Assembly: GCA_002423965.1 (NCBI GenBank)
Contig: DIOR01000006.1
Location: forward strand, 21,165 to 85,164
Length of the DNA: 64,000 nt
Direction: 5' to 3'
Source of the DNA: Firmicutes bacterium UBA5509
GTDB taxonomy: Bacteria > Bacillota > Proteinivoracia > UBA4975
The notes under the pieces are model-generated. The model saw only the letters and a program-made list of their open reading frames with translations. It had not been told where the DNA came from and searched no databases. Shown one piece after another: positions 48,441 through 58,711 of this stretch (positions are counted from its first letter, which is position 1; each line of letters opens with the position of its first letter). Position numbers and translations under genes: made by a program.

Positions 48441-48627
48441 ATAGGGCATTTAATAGGTCTAATAACGGATCTACATCAATGCCATGGGCTTTGGCTGCTT
48501 CTTCAATGCGCTCGGCACTGGCGGTGGGGCACCCTATGCAATGCATGCCATGACTTAAAAATATTTCCGCACTTTTGGGATTTACTTGAAGAGCTTCTTT
48601 AATGGTCATATCTTTGTTAAATTTCAT
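48439..48627 (-). CDS. DUF1858 small protein
   Basis: GMHCIGCPTASAERIEEAAKAHGID. Confidence 0.9.
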   Translation of the reverse strand: MKFNKDMTIKEALQVNPKSAEIFLSHGMHCIGCPTASAERIEEAAKAHGIDVDPLLDLLNAL

Positions 48628-48641
48628 AATCTCGACTCCTT

Positions 48642-49385
48642 TTATTTTTTTTGGGCAATTAAAGTAAGGCGTTGTGTCCTAGGGGTAATAGTTTTAAAAC
48701 TGTAATTATTCCAAATACCTTTGAGCTGAAAACCCGTCTTCTCTAGATAGTATACCAGGCTTGACACCTGATGACAACGCTGCTGAATAGAGAAACTTGC
48801 CTTAGACCAGCAGCCTTTGTTCCTCTGAATATACATGGAAATCTCTGCAAAATTAAAGGGGTAAGAAAACTGGTTGAGCCAAGACAGATCCATATTCTCA
48901 ATCCCCCAGGCAAATACTTTATTGCCTAGAATACGCTTGTACTTATACTCAGTGTTAATATCAAAGAGCAAGGATCCATTTTTGCTTAGACAGCCATGGG
49001 TCCTTTGGAAAAATTTAATCAACCCTTTTTTGCTTAGAAGGTGATTAATACCGTCACATGTCGATATTACTAAATCTGCCTTCAGGGGCATATCAATGAA
49101 ATTCCCTTGATACAGTGGCATACATAATTGTAATTCCTCTGCCTTACTTCTTGCAAGGGCTAGCATCTCAGGGGACTGGTCCAGACCTGCCACCCAAAAA
49201 CCCTTCCGTCTTAAGCCTAGGGCAACAGTGCCGGTGCCACAGCCAGCATCGACAATCCGAAAACTTGAGGGCCTTCCCTGTTTTTCGGCATAGGCGGCAA
49301 TAAACTCTATCCACCGCCTATAAGGCACATCAGCCATAAGGTAATCATAGTATTTTGCTAAAAGCCCGTAGGCGTCGTTGCCCAT
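48642..49385 (-). CDS. Class I SAM-dependent methyltransferase (YqeM-like)
   Basis: YDYLMADVPY, DAGCGTG, LDQSPEML. Confidence 0.88.
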   Translation of the reverse strand: MGNDAYGLLAKYYDYLMADVPYRRWIEFIAAYAEKQGRPSSFRIVDAGCGTGTVALGLRRKGFWVAGLDQSPEMLALARSKAEELQLCMPLYQGNFIDMPLKADLVISTCDGINHLLSKKGLIKFFQRTHGCLSKNGSLLFDINTEYKYKRILGNKVFAWGIENMDLSWLNQFSYPFNFAEISMYIQRNKGCWSKASFSIQQRCHQVSSLVYYLEKTGFQLKGIWNNYSFKTITPRTQRLTLIAQKK

Positions 49386-49711
49386 TAGCCTCGGTACTCC
49401 CATAATCGTTCCAGCTGGTAGTAGTCCCTGGCTTCAGGGGTAAAGATATGCACAATAAAATCTATATAATCCAGGAGAATCCATTCCCCTTCCTGGTACC
49501 CTGATCTACTTAAGGGAACAAGATCTTGCTCTGCCAAAGATTCTTCGATAAAGTCTGCAACTGCTCTAGTATGAATTTTTGTTAACCCTGTTGCTAGGAC
49601 AAAGTAATCAGTAAATGATGAGCTGGCACTGATATCGATAGTCTGAATATCTGAAGCTTTTTTATCTCCAGCGGCAACAGCTGCCAATTTTACTGCCAGC
49701 GGTATTTGCAT
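49385..49711 (-). CDS. rsfS: Ribosome silencing factor
   Basis: DKKASDI, DYFVLATG, WILLDY, YYQLERLW. Confidence 0.96.
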   Translation of the reverse strand: MQIPLAVKLAAVAAGDKKASDIQTIDISASSSFTDYFVLATGLTKIHTRAVADFIEESLAEQDLVPLSRSGYQEGEWILLDYIDFIVHIFTPEARDYYQLERLWEYRG

Positions 49712-49714
49712 GGT

Positions 49715-50908
49715 CTACCTCCCTTTCAAGTCTTGTCCGAGAATAACAGCCACAGGACTTTCACTGTCAATATAATTGTCTTGAATAAGAACAGCTTCGA
49801 CTTCCAACACCAGGGCAATTTCTACGGCAGCAAGGTGGTACTCTTCTTGATAATATATGCGAGTAAGCTCCGAAATCTCGGCATTGTCAACTCGACCAAT
49901 GTTAAACATGCGTCCTCGCAGCAGGGTGGCAGTATCAGCGGCAAAGCCGGAAACCCCATTACCGTTAAATAGATCCACTACCAATAAGGATTTATCATAA
50001 CTAGGAATATTATTGACAATCTGACTGATTTTCATTTCCAAAAGTTGTTGATCACAGGACCAAAAGCGTTGCTCTCCTGAAACAAGCCAGCTTCCTGGCA
50101 GAAGAGAATAATTGCGGTCCTCCCAAGTTATGGCTTGCATAGAGTCCCTAAATTTCGCCAACTCCCGGGGAGGCATATCCGAGTCAAAGCTCTCAGCGAT
50201 GCCACCCATATTGGTGACAAAGTAACTAATATGATTTAAGGTAAATAGCTGGTTAAACACTTCCACCAGCAAAGATTTTTCTGCCCAAAATTCAATATCC
50301 CTGGATTCATTATCTGAAGTGATAAAGGGAATGACCTGGCCTACTGGAATCTCATTGGGGCCAGGCTTAAATATGTAGTCAGATTCGTCAGTACTAACCA
50401 AGAATTCTTCCGGCAAGGTGACAGTAACCCCGGAAATTTCAGAAACAATATCTTTAATTTTTTGTACATCATAGACTACATAGTGGTCTATGGACATCTT
50501 TTTGGAGAACAAGCTTTCTATTCCCTTGATGGTTGCCTTAATTCCCTGGGCTGCATGGACCGCAGATAGAGAGTCGTTAGCATCGGCTTCACCCTTTAAG
50601 AGAGTAGCGGGGGGAATGCGGAGAATGTGAACTGGCGAGTCCTTGGAAGCCGGCACCGAAAGGAGTGTGCAGGAAGTAATCTCGTTATTGTGGCGTCCAG
50701 CAAGTAAGAATTGAACTCGCTCATGTGTATCAGGGCGCCAGATAGCAGGGTCAGCTGAACCCTTAAGTGCTTGAAATAGGGAAAAGTAACGGACACTAAA
50801 GAATAACAAAATAAGGAACACTGCCAAGGTCAGAATCGTTCCCAGCTTTTTTAAACTAAATTTTTTACTTTTCCGGCGGTAGCGACTTGAGCGTGGTAAA
50901 TACTGCAT
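49715..50908 (-). CDS. LCP-family protein with LytR_C domain and a degenerate active site
   Basis: N-terminal TM, LCP scaffold (IDHYVVYD, ISGVTVTL), C-terminal NGNGVSGFAA; usual slot between nadD and rsfS. Confidence 0.75.
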   Translation of the reverse strand: MQYLPRSSRYRRKSKKFSLKKLGTILTLAVFLILLFFSVRYFSLFQALKGSADPAIWRPDTHERVQFLLAGRHNNEITSCTLLSVPASKDSPVHILRIPPATLLKGEADANDSLSAVHAAQGIKATIKGIESLFSKKMSIDHYVVYDVQKIKDIVSEISGVTVTLPEEFLVSTDESDYIFKPGPNEIPVGQVIPFITSDNESRDIEFWAEKSLLVEVFNQLFTLNHISYFVTNMGGIAESFDSDMPPRELAKFRDSMQAITWEDRNYSLLPGSWLVSGEQRFWSCDQQLLEMKISQIVNNIPSYDKSLLVVDLFNGNGVSGFAADTATLLRGRMFNIGRVDNAEISELTRIYYQEEYHLAAVEIALVLEVEAVLIQDNYIDSESPVAVILGQDLKGR

Positions 50909-50948
50909 AGTGCCCCTCCTTTACCCTTATTCCTTCCACATTCAGTAC

Positions 50949-52830
<1,882 letters not shown>

Positions 52831-52840
52831 CTATTTAGTG

Positions 52841-52865
52841 AAAAAAACTCCGGTTTTCCGGAGTT
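52841..52865 (-). terminator. Terminator after rpmA
   Basis: AACTCCGG-aaaa-CCGGAGTT plus T-run. Confidence 0.75.
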
Positions 52866-53159
52866 CTAGATAGCTGTTGCTTCAGGATATACACTGACTC
52901 TTTTACGCCCTCTGTTGCCATTGCCTTCAAAAGAGACCACACCATCAACCTTGGCGAATAAAGTATCATCACCGCCAATACCGACGTTATTACCGGGATG
53001 AATTTTAGTGCCTCTCTGCCGAACTAAGATAGAGCCAGCGGTAACATACTGACCATCCTGGCGTTTAACACCTAAGCGCTTGGAGATAGAATCTCGGCCG
53101 TTCTTAGAACTGCCAACTCCCTTTTTAGATGCAAATAATTGCAGATCTATTTTAAACAT
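52866..53159 (-). CDS. rpmA: 50S ribosomal protein L27 with Prp-cleaved N-terminal extension
   Basis: [24 protein letters not shown]. Confidence 0.98.
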   Translation of the reverse strand: MFKIDLQLFASKKGVGSSKNGRDSISKRLGVKRQDGQYVTAGSILVRQRGTKIHPGNNVGIGGDDTLFAKVDGVVSFEGNGNRGRKRVSVYPEATAI

Positions 53160-53162
53160 CCC

Positions 53163-53492
53163 TTACACCTCCTCGTTATATATCTCGACAAAATCTGGAT
53201 ACTGTTCAGCGATATTTTCGATTCCTAAAAGGATTGTTTTAAATATCACCTGACAGGTCAGTAAAGTTTTTTGAACTATGTCCTGAGGAACACGACATTC
53301 TAGCAGTCCATCCTTCTTGGTATATATGGGAGTAATCCCAGCCACTTCATTAAGGGCAAGAAGAGCGGTTTGACTAAGAGCAGAAACTGCAGAACAGACG
53401 ATATCTGACCCCCTGGAACTATAGTCTGAATGACCTAGCACTGAAAAGCCAAATATGGAGTGTTCATCCCAAAATACGTGTACTTCAATCAT
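53163..53492 (-). CDS. prp: Ribosomal-processing cysteine protease Prp
   Basis: GHS...DIVCSAVS; between rplU and rpmA. Confidence 0.95.
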   Translation of the reverse strand: MIEVHVFWDEHSIFGFSVLGHSDYSSRGSDIVCSAVSALSQTALLALNEVAGITPIYTKKDGLLECRVPQDIVQKTLLTCQVIFKTILLGIENIAEQYPDFVEIYNEEV

Positions 53493-53494
53493 TT

Positions 53495-53809
53495 TTACGC
53501 CAAATCGATTTTTTCAATGGTGACTTTGGTAAATGGCTGCCGATGTCCTTGTTTACGGCGATAGTTCTTTTTCGCCTTATACTTAAAGACAAGCACTTTC
53601 TTGGCTTTGCCATGGTACACAACCTTGGCGGTTACGGTGGCATTCTCTACATAGGGTTTACCCAAGACAAGCTTGTCATCCAATCCAACTGCCAGGACTT
53701 CGTTAAAAGAAACGGTGTTGCCCGGTTCGGCTTGAACTTTTTCCAAAAAGACAACATCGCCTTCGGAGACGCGGTATTGCTTGCCCCCATTTTCCAGAAT
53801 AGCATACAT
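53495..53809 (-). CDS. rplU: 50S ribosomal protein L21
   Basis: [22 protein letters not shown]. Confidence 0.98.
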   Translation of the reverse strand: MYAILENGGKQYRVSEGDVVFLEKVQAEPGNTVSFNEVLAVGLDDKLVLGKPYVENATVTAKVVYHGKAKKVLVFKYKAKKNYRRKQGHRQPFTKVTIEKIDLA

Positions 53810-53827
53810 CAGTCTACACCTCCATTA

Positions 53828-53895
53828 CAGCGTACTCGCCAAACCTAGGCAGTCTTAGTTGACTTTAAGCCCAGTCTGAGCGGTTAAAACTCCAA
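53828..53895 (-). ncRNA. L21 ribosomal leader
   Basis: AACCGC...hairpin...GGCGAGT upstream of the rplU RBS. Confidence 0.75.
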
Positions 53896-53900
53896 CACTT

Positions 53901-53929
53901 ATAATACCACAGCTACATCAGTCAAGCAA
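53901..53929 (-). promoter_or_regulatory. sigmaA promoter of rplU
   Basis: TTGCTT-17 nt-TATTAT with extended TG. Confidence 0.65.
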
Positions 53930-54091
53930 GAACAAACCAGCATAATATTGTACAGGATTTTTTAGCGACACCATCAAAAATCATGGACCAGGCACCGGCT
54001 ATTTCATTGCTTATCATTTGGCTAATCGCAACCGTTTAGCCCTCCGATCAGAAAAATTTACAATAGCAAAATCCGGCTGATAACCTCATGA

Positions 54092-54197
54092 ATGACCCGG
54101 TGGGGTCATCTATAGGTGGTAGATTTGGGAGACCCTACCCCTACCCTATAGAGAAAACCCTCCCTGACGACTCCCGTCAGCAGAGGGTATTTTTTTT
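54092..54197 (+). ncRNA. Candidate three-hairpin small RNA
   Basis: Upstream TTTACA-18 nt-TAACCT with extended TG; three back-to-back hairpins; ends in an 8-T run. Confidence 0.5.
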
Positions 54198-54803
54198 CTT
54201 TGACGTTAAACAGAACAATCCTGCCGGCCAGGGAGATATTTTTTCATTTTTATTTGAAAATATTCCCTTGCGGGTAATGGGAAAACTGGGTGCATCGTAG
54301 CCAGGACAGCAAGCGCTAGCAACGACATCAGGGCGGACAGTCTTTTGATTATCCACCCTTAACAAAAGGGAGAGCTCATTTCCCCTGAGTTCAGCAGATA
54401 GGAGGTACTCCTCTGCCTCCTTAAGATTACATTGAAGATTGTCGGGAACATAAGGCAGTTGAACCTGATAAGCTAAGGCATCCACCAAGGCCGTTACCTT
54501 GGGAAAGGTGCTGGGAACAATGGTAGAGGCCAAGACAGATAGCCCCTTGGGAGCTACCTCATTTAACCGCTCCACCACTCCCTCGTTTTCCTCTTGTAAG
54601 AAGACTTCCAGCAATTCATTTTCTCCCTGAAAGCCCGTAGCCAGGGGCAGGGCAAACCGCAATTTAGGCCGGGGATTATAGCCCTGAGTTTGCTCTAAGC
54701 TCAGTCCTGCCAAGCGAAAAATCCGCCACCATAATTGCTGAAAATCCAGGTGGGCAACAAAAGCCATGGGACCTATTTTTTCATAGCATAAAATTAGTCG
54801 CAT
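54177..54803 (-). CDS. Radical SAM-linked protein (TIGR03936/DUF2344)
   Basis: FVAHLDF, TQGYNPRPKLRFALPL; follows the radical SAM gene. Confidence 0.9.
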   Translation of the reverse strand: MRLILCYEKIGPMAFVAHLDFQQLWWRIFRLAGLSLEQTQGYNPRPKLRFALPLATGFQGENELLEVFLQEENEGVVERLNEVAPKGLSVLASTIVPSTFPKVTALVDALAYQVQLPYVPDNLQCNLKEAEEYLLSAELRGNELSLLLRVDNQKTVRPDVVASACCPGYDAPSFPITRKGIFSNKNEKISPWPAGLFCLTSKKKNTLC

Positions 54804-56632
54804 TTGGGTTTTCCCCCTCTTTGCAGCGGTGTCATTGAAAAATCTCCACACACACCACAGTTGGAGCAATCAGTAAAAGTACAATCCTTTGTTTCCTGGA
54901 GTTCCTTTGCTTTGGCCAACTCCTGTTGTAAAAAATCTTTGGAAACACCAATGTCAATATGATCCCAAGGGAGCACGGCAGTGAGAGGAATTTCCCCTAA
55001 AGCCGACGAAACGTCTATATCCGCTTCAGCAAAGGCTTCATGCCAAAGCTGGGGACGAAAGTGCTCACTCCAGGCGTCAAAACGACATCCCTTTTGCCAA
55101 GCCAAAAAGATTGCCCGGCCAACCTTGCGATCCCCTCGAGCCAGCAAAACCTCCAGCTTGCTTTCCTCCCAATTGGAGGTATGGACCTTGTACATAGGTG
55201 GTCGCATACTGTCCAGGATTAAGCGTTGCCGTCTTTCAACCTCCCGGCGCTCCAAAAAGGCTGCCCATTGAAAAGGCGTATGGGCCTTGGGAATAAAGGT
55301 TGACACCCCTACACTGATTTTTAACCGACTTTTCCTCCCCCGGATTTCCCTGTACATCCGCTCCAGGCTGCGGACCATGTGAATAATCCCAACAATGTCC
55401 TCATCAGTCTCGGTGGGCAATCCCAGCATAAAGTATAGTTTAAGGCTGTCCCAGCCACTTTCAAAAGCTTTGCGGGCAGCGCTGAAGATATCTTCCTCGC
55501 TGACGTTTTTGTTAATGACATCCCGCAAGCGTTGACTGCCTGCCTCAGGGGCCAATGTAAGACCCGTCTTGCGCACGGCTTTAGTCAACCGGGCCAATTC
55601 AACGGAATAACTGTCCACCCGCAAAGAGGGCAAGGACACGCTTGTGCCATCACGGGCCATTAGAGTCTCCACCAGTGCTTGGATTTCCGAGTAGTCGGCG
55701 CTGCTCAGTGAAGAAAGACTGATCTCACCGCTGCCAGTATTTCTAAGAAGCAGCTCTCCCTGTTCTACCAGCTTAGCTCTAGGCCGCTCTCGTACCGGCC
55801 GGTAAAGCATTCCTGCTTGGCAAAAGCGGCATCCCCGGGCACAGCCCCTGCAGATTTCAATGCTGACACGATCGTGGACTGGCTGCACCAAGGGGACCAC
55901 TAATTTCCGCGGCAAGGGTAGGCCAGCAAAGGCTCGGATAATTCTCTTCCTTAGTGGGGGAAAGTCCCCCATGGGTTCCAAACCTTTATATACACCCTGA
56001 GGGTCATAGACTGGGGAGTAGAATTTGGGTACGTAGATTCCCGGAATCAATGCCAATTTTGCAAGGGTTTCCCCCTTGTCCTTGCCTTGCTTCCTAGCCT
56101 CCCTAACTGTATCTATAATTTCCAAGACAATTTCCTCACCCTCTCCTAGGACAAAGGCATCAATAAAGTCCGCCAAGGGTTCGGGATTCATTGCCCCCGG
56201 TCCCCCTGCCAACACCAGAGGGAAATCGGTTCTTTCATGGGCATAGGGAGAAAGCCCTGCTAAGTCCAGCATGTTGAGGATATTGGTATAGCCCAATTCA
56301 TATTGCAATGTAAAGCCGATAATATCAAAAGCATGTAACCCCGTCTTTGTTTCAAGGCCATAGAGAGCCAGATCATGCTCCCGCAATTTTGTCTCCATAT
56401 CCGGCCAGGGGGCAAAAACACGTTCTGCTTGAGCCCCGGGGATATCATTGATAATCTCATATAATATCTGAAAACCCATGTAGCTAGAGCCGATTTCATA
56501 GACATCGGGAAAGGCCAAAGCAAAGCGAAGCTCAACTTCCCCCTGATCTTTTACTACAGAATTAATTTCATTGCCAATATACCGGGCTGGTTTCTCTACA
56601 TAGGGCAACAATGAGTTGAGCTTATCCCACAT
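54794..56632 (-). CDS. TIGR03960-family B12-binding radical SAM protein
   Basis: VEKPARYIGNE, FPDVYEIG, CARGCRFC, PKAHTPFQW. Confidence 0.93.
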   Translation of the reverse strand: MWDKLNSLLPYVEKPARYIGNEINSVVKDQGEVELRFALAFPDVYEIGSSYMGFQILYEIINDIPGAQAERVFAPWPDMETKLREHDLALYGLETKTGLHAFDIIGFTLQYELGYTNILNMLDLAGLSPYAHERTDFPLVLAGGPGAMNPEPLADFIDAFVLGEGEEIVLEIIDTVREARKQGKDKGETLAKLALIPGIYVPKFYSPVYDPQGVYKGLEPMGDFPPLRKRIIRAFAGLPLPRKLVVPLVQPVHDRVSIEICRGCARGCRFCQAGMLYRPVRERPRAKLVEQGELLLRNTGSGEISLSSLSSADYSEIQALVETLMARDGTSVSLPSLRVDSYSVELARLTKAVRKTGLTLAPEAGSQRLRDVINKNVSEEDIFSAARKAFESGWDSLKLYFMLGLPTETDEDIVGIIHMVRSLERMYREIRGRKSRLKISVGVSTFIPKAHTPFQWAAFLERREVERRQRLILDSMRPPMYKVHTSNWEESKLEVLLARGDRKVGRAIFLAWQKGCRFDAWSEHFRPQLWHEAFAEADIDVSSALGEIPLTAVLPWDHIDIGVSKDFLQQELAKAKELQETKDCTFTDCSNCGVCGDFSMTPLQRGGKPKCD

Positions 56633-56635
56633 GAG

Positions 56636-57514
56636 CTATTCCTTCCTTTCCCCTGATTCCTTCACCGCCTCCTGAAGGGAACTTTGACCGGTCCCTGCTA
56701 AAATTAGCTTAAGAAGCTGGTGCTCAGTTAAAGTGCCGGCCAGGGCATAAGCCTCATCCAACACTGAAATCTGATAGTATTTTTGCGGGCGAATTTTTTT
56801 TAAAACATCGTTAACCTTAACCCCAGGAGAGGCAACTAAAGTGTCGGCCGCCATGAGCTTGTTCTTGTGCAGATTGCTCTGCCTGGCAAGGACATAGCGC
56901 AATAGTGGCACCAATAATTGTCTTCTCTCTACCAAAGCATTGTACAGTAAAAAACCTGAAGCCGCAAATATACTGGGGTTTGGCTGTCCTTGTAGCAGCC
57001 GGAGAATCGCCAGAACTCCCAAAATAAGTCCACAACCAAACCCACATACCACAAGAATTTTTGTGGCTCGATAAAAGGAGGTCCACCCAGCTAGGCGGCC
57101 TCTTAAGGCCCGGCCTCCATCAAGGGGCAAAGCCGGTAGAAGATTAAAAGCAGCAAGAGTCAGGCTGGCGTTAATAAATGAACTGACAAATCCCTGGGGA
57201 GTATAAGGTAACAAGGCCATGGCCACGGCAACGGAAATAACGTTGGCTGCAGGACCCGCCAAGGCGATGCGAAACTCGGCAGCTGGCTGCATTTCCAGAA
57301 GCTGATCCAAGTCCATATATCCCCCCAGGGGCCGGATTACTAGCCTTTCCACTTTGTAGCCCTGAGCTTTCGCCACCAAAATATGCCCCACTTCATGGAT
57401 TGTCAGTGCCAGCAAAAGGCTGATAACTTCCTTTACCAGGCCCAAAATCAATAGCACCGCAAAAAAAACCACAAAGAAAATTGAAACTTTGATTGATTTC
57501 ATCGCCCCATCCAC
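56636..57514 (-). CDS. spoIVFB: M50 intramembrane metalloprotease SpoIVFB
   Basis: HEVGH, NLLPALPLDGG, C-terminal CBS-like region; sigmaE-like CATATAT upstream. Confidence 0.88.
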   Translation of the reverse strand: MDGAMKSIKVSIFFVVFFAVLLILGLVKEVISLLLALTIHEVGHILVAKAQGYKVERLVIRPLGGYMDLDQLLEMQPAAEFRIALAGPAANVISVAVAMALLPYTPQGFVSSFINASLTLAAFNLLPALPLDGGRALRGRLAGWTSFYRATKILVVCGFGCGLILGVLAILRLLQGQPNPSIFAASGFLLYNALVERRQLLVPLLRYVLARQSNLHKNKLMAADTLVASPGVKVNDVLKKIRPQKYYQISVLDEAYALAGTLTEHQLLKLILAGTGQSSLQEAVKESGERKE

Positions 57515-57585
57515 CCGCCTTCTGCTAATAGGTATTTTCAGGGGCGGTAGATATATGCAAGAAAAAACCTGGCTTTTAGGCCAGG

Positions 57586-58710
57586 CTAAAATATCGAAGT
57601 ATCACTGTGGGCCGCCACAGATAGCACCAGCCCCAAAGAAATCATCGTGGTCAAAAAGGAACTTCTCCCATAGCTGACCAAGGGCAGGGGCAGACCGGTC
57701 ACAGGCATTATGCTGATTGTCATTCCTACATTGACTAGGAGTTGAAAGGCAAGCATAGCGGCGACGCCTACGCAAATGTAGCGACCAAAATTGTCCTTTG
57801 CCTCCAGCCCTATTTTTAGGATTCTAGTAATTAAAAAGATATACATCAATAAAAATAGCGAAGCTCCCATGAAACCTAATTCCTCGCCAATGACACTGAA
57901 GATAAAGTCGGTATTCTTTGCAGGCAAAAAATCCAGTTGGGTCTGTGTTCCCTTAAAAAGACCCCGCCCCAAAAACTGGCCAGAACCTATTGCCACCTTG
58001 GACTGAATAATCTGCCAGCCGTAACCATAGGGATCCTGCCAAGGATCCTGAAAAATTATGAGACGAGTCTTTTGGTAGGGTTTGAGTAGGAATAGAAATG
58101 CGAAAACTGATCCAATTGCCCCAGCAACACTTAGTACCGCCAGATGTATCCAGCGTAGGCCTGCAACAAAAAGAATGCTTGCGGCAATAGCTAAAAAGAT
58201 CAGGGAAGTTCCCAAGTCAGGCTGACGAAAAATGACAATCATAGGCACCCCCACGTGGAGAAGTGGAACGATTAAATCCTTCCACTTCTCCAAGGTGCGG
58301 CCTTCCTTAGCCATAGTGGCAGACAGGGTAAGGATGATTGCAATTTTGGCAGGTTCGGAGGGCTGAAGCTTTAACTTGCCGATAGCAAGCCAGCGCTGGG
58401 CACCCCAGGCAGAGGATCCTTTAACCATAACCAGAATCAAGAGGGCAAGACTGAAAAGGTAAAGAGGAATCTTAAACCGCTGCCATTCGGAGTAGTCAAT
58501 TAACGAGAATATGGCCATACCCACCAAGCCAATTACCACCCAAAGCAGCTGTTTTATAAAGGTCTGACTAGAAAACAATGTGGCAAATGAGGTTTCACCG
58601 GTAACTGAAGAAGAGCCTAATATAATTACCCCAAGGAATGAAATGGCCACAATGGTCAACAAGAGAATGTAATCATAACTCTTCCATAATTTTTTCCCCA
58701 AGCTGGTCAC
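57586..58710 (-). CDS. rodA: Rod shape-determining protein RodA
   Basis: QPSEPAK, QPDLGT, TDFIFSVIGEE, LPLVSYG. Confidence 0.96.
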   Translation of the reverse strand: MTSLGKKLWKSYDYILLLTIVAISFLGVIILGSSSVTGETSFATLFSSQTFIKQLLWVVIGLVGMAIFSLIDYSEWQRFKIPLYLFSLALLILVMVKGSSAWGAQRWLAIGKLKLQPSEPAKIAIILTLSATMAKEGRTLEKWKDLIVPLLHVGVPMIVIFRQPDLGTSLIFLAIAASILFVAGLRWIHLAVLSVAGAIGSVFAFLFLLKPYQKTRLIIFQDPWQDPYGYGWQIIQSKVAIGSGQFLGRGLFKGTQTQLDFLPAKNTDFIFSVIGEELGFMGASLFLLMYIFLITRILKIGLEAKDNFGRYICVGVAAMLAFQLLVNVGMTISIMPVTGLPLPLVSYGRSSFLTTMISLGLVLSVAAHSDTSIF

Positions 58711-58711
58711 C

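Noticed and set aside
52866..53492. N-terminally extended L27 next to a cysteine protease
   Set aside because: Well-known Prp/L27 system of Bacillota
53922..54017. 31-aa minus-strand ORF (MISNEIAGAW...CWFVLA) as a type I toxin paired with the sRNA candidate
   Set aside because: The nearest GGAGG is more than 20 nt from the ATG, the ORF runs into the rplU promoter and it lacks a convincing TM helix
54110..54190. Hammerhead ribozyme or fluoride riboswitch (contains CTGACGA-CTCC)
   Set aside because: No correctly placed GAAA/stem III for a hammerhead; no GGYGAUGG P1 and no downstream + strand gene for a riboswitch
54088..54300. 70-aa + strand ORF
   Set aside because: No RBS; it crosses a terminator and overlaps a real gene on the opposite strand
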